DNA of 64,000 nt from NCBI GenBank assembly GCA_002633005.1, contig NMRA01000247.1:221208-285207 (forward strand), given 5' to 3'. The notes under the pieces were generated by a model, which was not told where the DNA came from, ran no database searches, and worked only from the letters and a program-made list of their open reading frames with translations. Origin of the DNA: Phoronis australis (Eukaryota; Animalia; Phoronida). A program made the translations under genes and the position numbers. Below, piece by piece: positions 38,701 through 53,700 of the stretch. The stretch's first letter is position 1, and each line of letters begins with the position of its first letter.

Positions 38701-41700
38701 AGCACCTGTGAACCAAAGAGAGATCGTAGAGAAACTTGGTGATATTTTGATCAAAACCGTTGATTTAAGGCAACCAATTTTCTTCTAAAACTAAATGTTG
38801 ATTTTGCACAATGGCCACATCCTAAAATGTCAATTCAATGTGTGTAGTAAAGTGAACATCTCAACTACCTCTAGTCAATAGAATTCCCTCTAACCTCAGG
38901 GCATGAGTAAACAGACATCTATCTTGGTAATACAAAAATTAGGGTACAAAAACATTACACAAAACCAAATGTTTCTACTGAAATTGTTTACCTGTGTTGT
39001 TGTTGAAAGTTCCATGATTGCAGGGATACTGCTCAGCAAATTCGGTGCCCATGGGACAGTAGTGACCTCTGGGACATTCTACAGGAGTTACCGTGACGTT
39101 TTCGCAATAGTAACCTGAGAATAAACAGATGATGGAATGACACAAATACAGGTTTTTGTAGGTCAAGTTGCTGCCACCCGCCAGTGAGTACGGGAACATT
39201 TTTCAATTCATGAAGAAATGAAGTTGAGGTAAAAAGGTACACTGTAAAATCTCAGCAGATTTGGTCAAAAAGAATTGACAAAATGTGTCTTTCTTTTGTT
39301 CAGTTTTCAAAGACTTCTAATACTGTCGTAAATGCGCACAATTTCTCAGAATCATTGTCTGATGGTAGCTATGGTATAGACCTTCAAAAATGGTACAGCA
39401 TTTATTGGGTACAATTTTCTTCACTGAAAAAATAAAAAATAGAATTTCACAGATCGGCCTCATTGTATCCTGAATTGTTGATGATATTTTACCACACTAT
39501 GCCATTTTGCACAACATGAAGTTGTCCAACCACCAGCTAAAGAATGATAACAACCAGTCCCATGGCATCCATTACCATCACTTCCTGCAAGTCTACGATC
39601 AAACATAACTATTCAATTATAGTGGTCATCTTTTACAAGAAATTGTAGCTGTAGGTAATTTGTAAAAAAGTAAAAATAAAACGATTTTTGAACCAATGAC
39701 CTTTGTCCACATAAAGCCTTACTTACAGAAGCAAGTAACCCACCTCATGCAGTTGTCATTCTTTAGTATAGTCACAGTGCTTACTGATTGGAAGCTGGTT
39801 GAAGATTAGTCTCATCATATTCCACAATCACTTTGCAATTTACAGGTTACTAATAAGTTCATAGTCATACCAACGCAACAAGCAGAGTTTGACAAAATAA
39901 TCACATCATGATTGGATGCAAATCTCAACTATAAGATTTTTTTTGAAAAGAGTAGTACGTCGGCAGCTATATTTGGTTAACACAGTGTTTAGTTGCGTAA
40001 AGACAAGCAAAAATGTCTTAGTAAGTGTTCAAATTCATTCTCTAAGCTTTTCAAATAGCAGCTTGTGGCTTCTTCAAATTCTTTACCAGCAGGGCAAGAC
40101 ACGCATGCTGCCATCTGTGGGTCCTTAGCATAAGTGCCGGCCAGACAAGGTACACTATAGGGTGAAGCCAAAGGACACTCGTGTCCCTTGGGACAAATGT
40201 CTCCCTGTCCTGTGTGAGCAACACCTGGCTGAGGCTCTGAAATGTTCACTCCTGAAAATAAAAATTATTATAACAGTAACAATATTACATTTGCTATGTA
40301 ACTTTAAGACAGGAAGTACCACGTCCAGTGCCTTTGCGAGTTTTATCAAGAAATTTTTTCTTCTCATCCTTCTCTGCCACTATAAACCAGCCTTCTGACA
40401 AAGAAGCAGCAATGTTTGATTTAGCCACTTACAAAAATGTTCTCAACTTGAGATAAGAGATGATTTCCAGACTCTCCAAGAATTGACTGTTTGATACTGC
40501 TTGAGAATAGGCTCTACAATTTGGCTTGTCACAGAGGGTCATATTATTCACACAAGATTGTCTCAAGCAACAATGAGCGGTCAGTCCTTCCCATTCCCAG
40601 AATCCCCTCTCGTCTCAGTGAAGAATATGGTGAGATATTTTTAGGAAGTAAGCTGTCTAAGTCAAAACGTACTTTTTTGAAAAATAGCAGGTTAATACGG
40701 AGTCACTTTAAGATTGTGTTTATTCTCAATGTAATGGACAGAACAGTCACAAACCACAAAACACTCCACTGAAGGTCATCATACAGCAACCTCACAGACC
40801 TCAGCAAGAATGCCGACATAAATTGGACCTTCAACATACCATGAGAGCAGTAGAACCCTGCCGAGCAAGAATTTGTAGGTTGTGACAATCCTGGTGTGGC
40901 ACAGTAATACCCTCCCGTGCAGGGGCTGCAGTCACTGACATTTACGAGATTTGTCTTGGAACCAAATGTACCTGAAAAAATATCACAGCAGTTTTTACAC
41001 AATTAATCTCAATTACATAAGAGCTTTGAAGGAAATATGATTCAGCATTTAAAAGTACTTAAACATCAATTCAGAAGGATACAGTGTTTGTCATCAATGC
41101 TACAATGCAATGACTTAGTATTAAACTTCGGTAACAGATAGGTTTACCACTTTAACAGACGTCATTTTCGTGCACTCACCAACTGGGCATGGCTGTATGT
41201 CATATCCTGTACCCTCCGGACAGTAGTATCCCTGAGGACAGTTATCTGCGGCCTCACCTCGAGTGCACATGTACCCAGCTGGACAGACGTAACATGCACC
41301 GGCACCAGTGTGATTCATGTACGTGGTGCTGTTGCATGGTGTGGGTGTGTGACTACCTTGTATACAGTAATGACCAACGGGACAGATGTTGCCAGTGACG
41401 CCATCTACAGGGAAGTAAATAGGAAAAAGGTCCTACTATGCACTATATACATTTTCCCAAAACTTGTGGAGGTCACATTGATACGGTATTCTGTCCTTTT
41501 AAACAGTCTGTTATTTCAAATTCAATCTTTTACTCAATCGTAGGATACAATAGGGTTCATAACACACCTCGTAACATGGGCAATGCAGCACTGAAATAAG
41601 TGGGGGCCTATAGCCTCCCAGCCCCCTACGGTGTGCCGCCCATGTGTAAGAGTAACAAATACTAACACTAATTGTTGTTAAGCACAATCTTGCCTACAAA

Positions 41701-44700
41701 TGAAAATGTCAAAAAGGCCTCAGGTCTTTAGAAATTTGGATCTAACAATTACACAGTGAAGACCCACCAGCCTGTCAATGAAAAAACAGTATTTCACATA
41801 ATACAATAAGTAGCTGGTATGAATCTAACAAATTAAAGTCTAATGACTCATTTAGCAAAGTCAAGAGCACCTACCAGTTGGGTTAGGACGGTTGGCGCCA
41901 CCTATGCAGTAGTAGCCAACATCGCACATGTCTGTCACATTGGGCTGGCCAGGAGAGTCGCAGTAGTATCCAGCCAAACACTGGCGACAGTCGGTGATGT
42001 TTTTCTTGCCTAAAAACAAGATACAGATCAAGGAAACAGGTAGACAAGTAGCCTAGTGCCTTTAAATTGAGGATCTGTTTTTCAAAAAATGAGAGTTTTG
42101 ACTTCAATCTTTATATGAGTGTCTAGAACATTGTCATCTGCTCACATATGCTACAACAAAGTTAACTAAAATGCAGTTTGGTCTCAGTATAACATTATAG
42201 CTTAGTGTTTCTAATACCAAACATCAAATCTAAGTTGAAATCATTATCAAACAGAAAATTTTTAATCTAATCACTGAAAACCTCCAAATAAAAATGTTAT
42301 CAGCAAGAACTTTAATAGAAGCAGTTGTTTGTTATCATGCAGAAATTGCGAAAAAAATTAACTTCAGAACTAACTGACTACCATCCATTTTTCAACACAA
42401 TATGAGTTTAAGTGAGATTGATGCAAATGAAAGTCAGGTCAAAATGAGAATAAAACATAGTTAAGAAGCTAATTGAAAAGTCACAGCAGCAACATCAGTC
42501 CATGAAATTCAAACTTAGTAAACTATGAAGTAGTATTAAAGTCGCATTTCGCCCTGTTTAACTAGAAACTAAAACATTAAAATGAAGTCACTAGACGTTT
42601 TAGTCTGATGAAGACAGTTTCATATCCCAAGTGTATAGTCTGTGATACGATTCCATTTTCAATACCAACAAAAACATTAAAACCACCACCGACTCAAATG
42701 CAATAATTTTTTGTTTTTTAGCCAGCTAAGCAGGGCAAAATGCACTTTTAAGCGATTCAGAAAAAATTAAATAAGAAATTACAGTAGTTGTAAAAGGTCA
42801 CATTCTCTTGTCAGCCAATCGCTATTTTGAAATGCATTAGGATTTATGTCAACTAATTTTCTTTAACTAAGTTCCTCCAGAATATTTGCCATACATTTTC
42901 CACAGCTGGACAATTTTAACAAAAAAAGCAATTCAGATAAATTTTAAACAAAAAGTAGTAACGTGTAATAAATAAGAATAAGATCACCTCATGCATATCA
43001 CCTCGATTCACAGAAAATGTAAAAATTAATTAAACCCAATATCTTGTTCCAGGCAGTATGTATTAAAATGTATTGAAAACTATGCAATAAAACTTATTTA
43101 TTTATTAACTAATTGAACATAACGGAAAGGTTTTCAAAACAAAAAACACTCCAAGCTCAAAACCTTGTTGCTTGCTGGCTGTTTGGGAATGACGCGAGAT
43201 GAATAATTATTTCAAACATTGCATGTCAATTGGAAACAGTGATCAAGATCTGTATCTAACCACTAAAAGATAGTCATATTATGATAGAAATATTGATTAG
43301 GTTAGTACAACACATGGAAACAAGAGGGCGCCGTGATGAAATACCTGCACTGGCTGAAGCTGAAAGAGTCACGTGTCAATAATGTAATAAACAACCAACA
43401 TACTGAACATTATATTGAGCACTACATCGGACGGTCAAACATAACAACGGTCTTTAACATTATGGTTAACCCAGTTCTTGTTTAGCAGTGATATTGGTAT
43501 CATGTAAATATGAAGTGCGGTTTATTACTTTTCAAAATCACTCGCTCGTCATCATCAGAATTAATGTTTCACCTACTACAATTACAAAATGAATAAAGTA
43601 TCAAGTCTTGGCAATTTCATGACATCCACAACAAAATTGCTTAAGTAACACCCCTTTTACCTGCATCGGGTTGATATGTTCCACTAGGGCAAGGCTGGGG
43701 AGTTGTTGTTCCTTTGGGACAATAGTTGCCCTCAGGGCACAGGTAGCCCCAGGTCTCATTGGTTGGATTGGAGTACTTGGCCCCAAGCTTGCAGTAGAAG
43801 CCTGCCTCACACTGACCATAGGGTGAAGTTAGACCTGGTCGATCACAGTACCAGCCTGCATCACAAGCAGTGCACTCAGATACTGCCTTCAGACCCGTAC
43901 GGTTGCCATAGGTGCCTATTGGACAGTTATCACCTGTATGGACAAAGAAGACTTTGAAACACAGGCACTGACGTCAGTACACATTACTTGTTAGTCATTA
44001 AAAGCCTACTTTGAACGTCACACAATGAATTTGGTTGCTACGATATGTTTTGACCAATGCCATGAATTGATGGTTAAGCTTGAGTTACATTCAGCTATGA
44101 CATCAAGAGAATACATTATATATTGTGTTCTATTCAGACCCCTGTGCAGTACAATTCTATTTACTACTATCAGCCTTTCCTTTGCTCTGTTTTCATGTAC
44201 TGACACAATGTGGCTTGAAAACACATAGCTCTTAAGATTTCAAAAAACCCAATGATGAAATAATCACCTGATCAGCTAGTGATGCATCACCTTCAATTAG
44301 GAGCTTTTTTAGAAATTGACTGAAAAAGAGTCATTGGGTTGGAGAGTATGGAAGCAAATTCGGAATTTATGTTACCTTTATCAGAGCCAGTTCCAAGCAC
44401 GCAGTATTTGCCTTGCGGACAGATGTCACCAGTAACGCCATCTGTAGGAGCCGATGTGTTAGCATCACTATGGCAGTAGTAACCAGGATCACACTGAGCT
44501 GTCGGCTCAGTTGAGGCAGGATGTTCACAGTAGTAACCCGATGTACACGAATAGCAGTCACCTGTGAAGAACAGAAATAGTGACATCACTCATCACAGTA
44601 ACATGATAAAGGTGACACAGTTTTCAACATCAATGGTTTGTTAATCATACTGTTACTGGAAAACAGTTCATGAACGGGACTATGAGCTAGATGGTTACCA

Positions 44701-47700
44701 CAAGTGATGACGAACTAGACACTCATTATAAACAACAACACCACCTATAGTTTAAAACCACTACTAGAGAAATCTATAGGTCAGAAAAACAACACTCAGA
44801 TGTCACCTTAGGCATGATATGAACACATCAAGTTTGTTGGTTTTAGGAAACTAATTACCCATAGAATTATACTAAGTACAAAAAGGAGTAAAAGTCAACA
44901 TTAATTACCAACCACAACTGCTAAGCTGTTTAAACGATTACACAATTATACCAAATGTGACCAGCAAAAAAACTGCTCGTGTCATGACCAACACACAAAC
45001 AATAAAGATATTGAACTCTAATAAATTACCAAATTTCAGAAAACATAGCGCAAAGTGTAGAGGAGATATAGATGCAGTAGTCTGACCCGTCCGAAAATAA
45101 ACAGGTGTGGTCTTCTGATTCGTAAATACTAGAAATGGGTTATAGATGGTGCGCAATATGACAAATTTAATCATTAAAATCTTGCAAGGGGTTAAGTTAA
45201 GGAGGTGTAGCAGTGGAGGCTGGATGCCCAGACAGAGATGACGGCAGTGTGTATCCACATACGTATAAGTGGGTGCATATAAAGGGACAGGACAAGAATG
45301 TTTTCCAAAAGAGATTGAAATGCACATAACAATATTCAAACTATGCAATACACATCTGAGGATCAAATGAAGAACTGGTCTAAGATAAGTGTACCGCAGT
45401 CTATTTCTTAAATGCATAACAATGAAAATGAAAAACATAACGGAAAAAGCAATAGTCGCATAATATCAAACGATGTAAATGCAACAATCCATTTTCAGAG
45501 ACATAATCTTACCTTGCACTCTGAGGCCTGTCCGATTACTGAATGTTCCCGAACTGCATGGGTTTTGAGTAGCAAACTCAGTTCGTGCTGGGCAGTAATA
45601 CCCTGCAGGGCAGTTGACAGGGGAAATGACTCCAGTTACATTGCCTAGCTCATATGGATCACAGTACTTTGTCTCAGGGCAGTCATCACAAGTGGGCTGA
45701 CCTGTGCTCTGTTGATAGTAGCCTGTAGTATGAACAATGTACAACATTGTTAACACTCACTGAAGGATGAGAAAAATGATTCAGCTTAATATGTTATGCA
45801 CTGCATTCTGCTGTAAGTGCATTCTGAACTAAAATGACTGACAAAACGATGACTGTACTTAATTATTAATTTCACATGAAACTTACCCCTGGGACACAAA
45901 GCTGGAGCTGAACTCCCTACAGGACATTTGAAGCCTTTGGGGCATTTGTAGAGGGCAGGGGATGATGAACTTTGACCTTTAGGACAGTAGTAGCCTCCAG
46001 CACACTGGTCAGTTACAGCGATGAGACCCACACCGCTACAGTAGTAACCTGCAAATATGTGTTAAAGTGGTACATTCATCTCAGTAGCGGTATGTTTACC
46101 CCCTACGGGCATAATCAACCACCTATCACAATTATCAATTATAAATATTGTGCAAACAGCCATTATGTTAACCACATTAACAATGGAGCAGAAACTTCTT
46201 AAACTGGAAACTGAATACTTAAAAGTCTGAGACACGGTCCCTACGAATTGACAGTAAGAATATAATTCAAACACCAAGTCACCAGTAGTTAAGGTTCCTA
46301 GAAGTTCATATTCAACGCAAAATATTACTATTACCAAAACAATGACAGTCATGTGATTATTGTGCAGTGTTTCAAGGCATGAATTAAGATGTTTCAATCA
46401 TAAAAAAATCAGAAAATGCATACTTTTATGAGTTGAACGTGTCCCATCATTTGGTGTAAGCATGAACAAAGAACTTCACAAAGGTTGAAAATTACCTTAA
46501 GCAGAGCTTGACAATTAGCATGTCAACTCGCCAAATGCGATCTGGCAAATCTGCCAGGTGGAGACACCTGAACTGAAGAACTGGAAACCATGACAAAATT
46601 CAGGAAACTGCTTACCTTGTGTGCATGCATCACAGTTGGCCAGCTCCGTGTTGCCAGTTGTATTGCTAAATGTTCCATTAGGGCACGGCTCAGGGGCAGG
46701 GGAGCCCAACGTACAGTAATGGCCGGCAGTGCAGACATAAGATAGGGGGTCACGTCGAGTGTTACCTCCTGGGCAATAGTAACCAGTCATGCATTGACCT
46801 GCCACAAAGAATGAACAGAAATCATAAGATAAAACAAATGGAGAGAGCTTTGATATGCATTAAGTGGGAAAAAAGCTACAGAATGTGTTCACTGTGTGAA
46901 ACATTCCAGTAGAGGGAGCAACACTAATAAAAACTGAACTACTTCTAGAGTTGTAGCACACACTATTCACTAAAACAAAGTGGGTGCCATTCTTCCATTA
47001 ATACACACATTGCTAAGTTTGACGCACACCAAATGTGGTAACTGTCAAGATAAATCATTGTATAGTGGGTGTGTTTTCAGTCTAGTCAGTGTTGTTAGAG
47101 ACCTCATGTCTCAGTTCAGGTTTGGCTGGTGGCCTAGACTCATGTATCTCTTAGTTGCCCTAACAGATATATATATAAATGTTTGTTACCTCCGGTCATC
47201 ACACCAATGAAGGTGCAACACTTCTCAACAGTTTGCAATTAAAAAATGCTCAGCCTGAATTTGAACAATGAATCTGGAGTAAAAAACAGGTGACAATAAT
47301 TCGTATGTCAAGTAATAACTAAACAAACCTTTAGGAGCATCCAGCTCATAATCATCACAGTACCAACCAGGCGTGCAGGACACTGGTGCTGCTGAGCCAG
47401 ATGGACAGTAATAGCCAGGCTGACACTTGCCACCAGTGTAATTAAAGGCAGGACATGTGCATGTGTCAATACTGGTATAGTTGAATCCTAAACAAACAAC
47501 ACAGAGAGTACAGGAATACGGTTCATGGTACAGATTTATTGAACATTTTGCTACGTTCTCACAATGGACTGTTTTCATCAGTATAGTTTGGTAGCAGCCA
47601 TTCGCTAACACAAACTTCGTTGAAAACATGACTAAAGTTTTTGTTTGAAAGCTTGATACCAAGTCGCTCGTGGTGTCGGAACAATCTCCTTTCTTCAGGT

Positions 47701-50700
47701 GTGCAGCTATATAAAAAAGAACGAGCGACAAAACAAACAAATTAAAACACTAGCTATATTTCGAGACTGTATGTCTCATCAGGCAATAAGTGGAATGAAC
47801 ATATACGTAGCGAAATATACAGTGAAATACACGTGATAGTGGGAAGAGGGGTATACAGGCATACAAGCCTGTACAGATATTTGTTAAAAAATTTTGACAT
47901 TAGGTAAAACATGGATTTTACTATAAATCCAATAATTTGATTATACCAAGCATCTGTCCAACTCAGATTCCCATGATAGGGACTGCGTGTAAATACATTG
48001 TAATGTGGCCAACTGGAAACAACAATGTTAAAAAAGCCTTAAAGGAGAATGCCACCCAAAAAACAACCTATTTTGTATCAATTCAGATAGACTAGTTCCA
48101 CTCAATAACAGCAACTTCAGTTCTTTTACCCGACACCTGACGGCAGACGGCAGTGTTGAAATTAACCAATGACGTCATAGGTTCAAACGCAGTCTGTTCA
48201 GCAATTCACAACACGCTTACTGGTGTCAGCTTATGGCTTACATTCATCATTATACATCAATAAATCGTCAAAATTTGATGTAAAACCGTTACACATACAT
48301 CGAGTTCTTGAACAAACGTGTTGTTTTATTTTGCTGTTATGGATTTCTGGTATTTGAGCATACAGACAGGAGAACATAGTTACAAACACACAAGTACTCA
48401 TCCGACAAAGACTTCGCAGGTGGATCGTTAGGTTTCACAGGCTATCAGTTCGAACCGGAATACACTGATTACAATGACAAACAAATAGTAAAAAGGCACC
48501 ATGAATGTGCAGCAGGCAATGGAACATATGGATAGTTCCAAAAACCGTTTGAATGGTGTCAGTGCACTAACTGCATGACAATGGAAACGATTGACACTTG
48601 CGGTTGCTGCCACAAAATTCCACCAGTGAAACGCCTTTTTGTCGACAAAATGCCAGCCACAGACACGGAACAAAAATATTTCACGGCCTCATATATTTGG
48701 TATTAACGGCGTACTTTTCATTCTTCACTGCCGCAAGCCACTTCCCAAGCATTTTAACCATAGCGGCACTCACTCTGCAGAAGAACCACTGATGTCACTG
48801 TGTTGTTTACTCACCTTCCTCACACAACACCTCTCGGGGAGATAAGATTGACCGTATACGAAGGTGATGTGGATATCGACCAATTAAGACGGTAAAAAAG
48901 ACTAATCAAATCTGTTGGCATTCTCCTTCAAGATTTCCAGCTGAGTTTTTTTTTTAAATAAAAATGCAAACAAAACTTTACACCCAAGAAAAAATAGTCA
49001 ATAAGATCTCCCATGTATCATGCGCTTCAAACTGGATAATTGATGTACAGTTCTGTGACACTCAACTTTATGATTCAATAACACATACAGCATTGAACTA
49101 ATAGGTGGCAATACAATACAGCGTGTTTTCAGGTACTATAACAACCTAATCTGCAACAAGTCGCTAGTCAAAGACCACAGCAGCAGAAAAAAATCACGAA
49201 GAATTTGTAATTGTTGTACTTACACAAATCAAAGTGCAACAACAAACTCACCTATTGTTGTTGGTTTGGCCTCAAATGCACCTCCTGTACAATACCAGCC
49301 TCCACTACAGTTCCCAGAGGGGGCACTCAGACCTGAAGATTCGCAGTATTTACCAGGTGTGCACAGAGTACAGGCTGTGACATTGGTCATTGAGTTAGCT
49401 GGGTTGTAGTAGCCTGGATCACATGGGTACTGGGTGGAGTACTGCGTCCCCTCTGGACAGTAGTGACCACTTGGACACGGGGTAGAGTATGGATCACTAG
49501 TGTTGGTCAAGCAGTAGTAGCCAGCAGGGCATGGGTCACAACTAGGTTTACCTGTAGGATATCATTGTTATTATCATCATAGTCAGGTCTTAGACGCAGT
49601 AGTGGAAAAGTTAGAAGTAGCAGCAATAGTCATTCGTTGTTAACTGATGCAATAATATTTAATTGTCACTATCTATGACTTAACATAACCACTGTGAAAT
49701 GTAAGCAAACATTTCAAATCAATCAAATAAACACAGAAAAATCAGGAGCCCTAACTGGGAATCGAACCACAGGTCTCTAGATTGCCGGTCTAGTGCTCTT
49801 ACCACTGAGCTACTGAGTACCCGATATCTGTGCAATTACAGTTTACAGCCAACTGTTAAGTTATACATCCCATGAGTGGCGTTTCGCCTTTTTCACACGG
49901 GATTTGGACAATTATATATACAATCAGCAATTCACCAGTATGTGTTAACTAGACATAGTAAATACATAGACGCAGAGGTTGGCCAGTAATGAAATACATC
50001 AAATAAACACAGAAAAATCAGGAAACCCAAGTGGGAATCGAACCACAGGTCTTTAGATTGCCGGTCTAGTGCGAAACACCGCTCAGTGGTGAGCGCACTA
50101 GACCGGCAATCTAGAGACCTGTGGTTCGATTCCCAGTTGGGTTTCCTGATTTTTCTGTGTTTATTTGATATATTTCATTAAATTATTACTGGCCAACCTC
50201 TGCATCTATATATTTACTATTTCAAATCAACATAGATTCCAAGTTACTATGCGTGTGTATGATAATTCATAATTCTGGTTTATACATACTATAAGCCAGA
50301 AAAAAAAAAAATGTGTACTTATGATAAAAAAATTGTTATTACTAGCATTCTAACCTAAGATACTTCAAGATAAAACAGCTTAAAATATTTAATCAAAGTT
50401 ATCTTTTCTCATCAAAAATAAGACGCTAAATTGTAATTCTTTATTCATTTTGATTGACTAATGAAAAAGTTCTTATTTCCTACAAAATTTCCACATAACC
50501 AGCAACATAACTGCAGGACTTGAGTACACATCATGATGTTTAAACTATAATTCTGCACAGTAGCATGTTTTCAGCAATAATTCGTGGCACTACGTTTATT
50601 ACAGGCTTCAGCAGCAGTCACTTCAAACTCACAATCCAATGTCTATGTGAGTGATTATAAAGCACATTATTAATAATAGTTATTCTTTGCAAGTTAACCT

Positions 50701-53700
50701 TACGTGATGAGCTGGTGTATGTTCCGGCTGGACAGTGAATTGGTGTGACTGTCCCACGGGGGCAGTAGGAGCCAGGGGGACACTCCCCGCCAACGCCCTT
50801 GTGCGGTGAAGAGTCAGTGGGAGTACTCGTGTCTGACCCGTATTCACAGTAATAGCCAGGGTCACATTGACCATCAGGGTTGCTAGAACCAGCAGTGCCG
50901 CAGAAGTAACCACCTACAATTATAAATTATCCAAGGAATATTTAAAAATGCAGTAACTGAAGGAAAACTGGGATATGAATCAATTAATTCCTTTAACTTT
51001 TGACCAACGAAAATGTTCTTATATATTTTCCTAAGAACAGGCATTAGACCAGTGCTTTTGAAATTGGTACTACTGCTAATATTTGGTGAAAACACATAAA
51101 TGGTATCTTAAAAGAATTGGAAATGATTTCATAAGGAAAATAGGTTTCTCTCAAATAAATATAAAATTCTCATAGTATTCAGCCCAGTTTGACCAGACCA
51201 TACAATATAAAGGAAACTTGCAGATATCAGTAAAAGAAACATATGAAGTAGTAAATTGATGACTTGACCAAGATTAAGTTAGTGTCCATAAAATCACATC
51301 AAATATTGGATAAACATGTATGGGAATAAAATGAAACTGCAAGCCTGTCCAAACTTATACACAAGAATTTAAGGAAGCATTGCTAAAAGAAAGTTCAGAA
51401 GAATGCTCCATGTATCACCTGGCCAGATTGAATAATAAAGAATGATAATAATTTCCACTACTGAAAAAACAAAGGAACAAAAAACCAAAGCCAATGTGTC
51501 CCTGAGTATCATCTAGACATGCTCACCTGTGCACTGAGTACATTGAGACTCTCGCCCCAGTCCTGTACTGTTCCCAAATGTTCCAGTTGGACAGGCAATT
51601 AGGTTGGCGCCAGTGCCTGTGGGGCAGTAGAACCCTTGACGGCAACTGTCCGCATAGTCTCGGTTGACACAGTAATGTCCCTCAGGACAAATTTCACATA
51701 CTGAGGCACCCGTGTGGTTCATGAATGTTCCATTGCTGCAAGGCTGAGGGCTCTCAGAACCCTCCACACAGTAGTGACCCGTTGGACAGATGTTGCCTGA
51801 AAAAAGTAATGCTCAACTGGAAGTTGTTATAGGTAAAGGTTTTTTGAATTTATGTGTTTGAGACAACAGTACTCGCAAACGTCATGTAATCTACAAAGGT
51901 GGCATTGCCCCTCAGAAAAATTTGGCTGTAGACTTCATGACTGTGTCCAAAGACAAAAATAAGCTGAGGCCAATGATCATGAGCATATTGTCAGCTTATT
52001 GACAACCGGCCATTGTGTCTCGGGTGAAAATATTGATATACACTCCATACTGTTGACCTGACTCTAACATCACAGCCAATTAACATACAACAACATGTCA
52101 CTAACATTAAAAATTAATCCAAATATCAATGTATATCTGTCTTTGGAAAGGGATTGAGACACTGTTACATCAAGTTCTCTTAGTAAATATTATATAAACA
52201 TCTGTAATCTACATTAACATCCCCATAACTGGACAGTAAACCCTAACAAGAGTCTGTCATCCGACTCGACGTTCTCCTCAGACAATTGCAGCACACTTGA
52301 CCACGATAACATGACCTAATAATTAAACTAATTTAAAGTTAGTTCAGAAAACATGCATGTCCAATAACTTAAGACATTCAACATTTCAAAAGCAGTGCAA
52401 CTTAATTTTAACGAGTACACTATACTAACCAGTAACGCCATCTGTTGGCGTGGATGTGTTGGCTCCCTTAGTGCAGTAGAATCCTTCCCTACAGAGGGCA
52501 GTCACATTCGTCTTTCCATAGCTTTCGCAATAGTAACCTGTCCACAGAACAATTGCAAATTTTTAATAATACATTTTTCTTAAAACTCAAAAATACCATG
52601 GTTGAGGGATCAAGCCAACATGCTCTTGGCTGATATCAAATTGAACATCATAGTTTACAAACTCTAGGCAATACATAGATACAGCTTCCATTACCCATTC
52701 CTACAATTTGAGCATGTGAAGAAAATGCACTTTGCTATTCTTTTTCGCCATTTCTTCTTTAATACTTGGATCTTGACACAGCCAAGAGACCAATAAAAAT
52801 TAACCAATAAAGTAAAGCAACACAATTACCAAAGATTTGAAGTATTTCAGAGTCCAGCACTCACATGTCAAGAGCCCCAACAGATATGCATGTACCATAA
52901 GTGGTTTGTATCATAAGTTATCAAATAGATGTTGGAATGCCATGCAGTTACCGACAAATAAAAATATAAAATAGTAAAACTAAAACAATGGGCGTCGGTA
53001 CGTTTCGAGTGATGCACTCTTTGTCAAGGGTGTGCTACAGACTGCTATGTGGAGTCTGTAGCACACCCTTCACAAAGAGCACATCGCTTGACACATGGGG
53101 ATATTTTAATATATTTTAGTACCGATGCTCATCATTTTAGTATTAATTTTACTATTTTATACATGTATCATAAGTGGTACATTCATCATGGACCAGGATG
53201 ATACTCGTGCATGCACAGACACAGATGCATCAAATGACTAATATTTTGGCTTCAGCTCTTGGATAAGTTGACAAAAACATGAATTTTAGAAGCAAAATGC
53301 CTCTTTCAAAATTAAAGTTACATTTTGTGTTTTTGACCTAATTACTCCTGCTTTAGGGATAAAGCAGAACAATTGATTCATTACCTGCTGAACAGTCCAA
53401 GCATTCTGACATGTCAGCCAAACCAGGAGTGTTACTGAATGTGCCTGGTGGGCAGGGTTGGGAACTGGCTGTTCCATTCGGACAATAGTGTCCAGCCAAG
53501 CAGACGTCACCATATGACTGGCCAGTTGGGGTGGGCTCTGTCGAGCCACCAGAGCAGAAGAAACCTAATATGACAATACATTCATCAAAATTAAGTAAAT
53601 CACACATACATATTTAATTATTAACTAACTTGATGAGAACAATGTCCTCGCACTATCCACTTCAAGAAACGCAAGGGAGCGCTGGAGTAGATTAGTTTTG

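Noticed and set aside
42590-42650. CTGATGAAGAC hammerhead-like start
   Set aside because: No properly placed stem II closure or downstream GAAA; at most a decayed remnant.
44938-45438. 166-aa minus-strand intronic ORF
   Set aside because: No recognisable motif, composition typical of AT-rich intron, and the flanking exons splice in frame without it.
49722-50170. Functional tRNA gene(s)
   Set aside because: The acceptor stem is poor, position 33 is C, and the copies are truncated or rearranged with shared non-tRNA tails, as expected for a tRNA-derived repeat.
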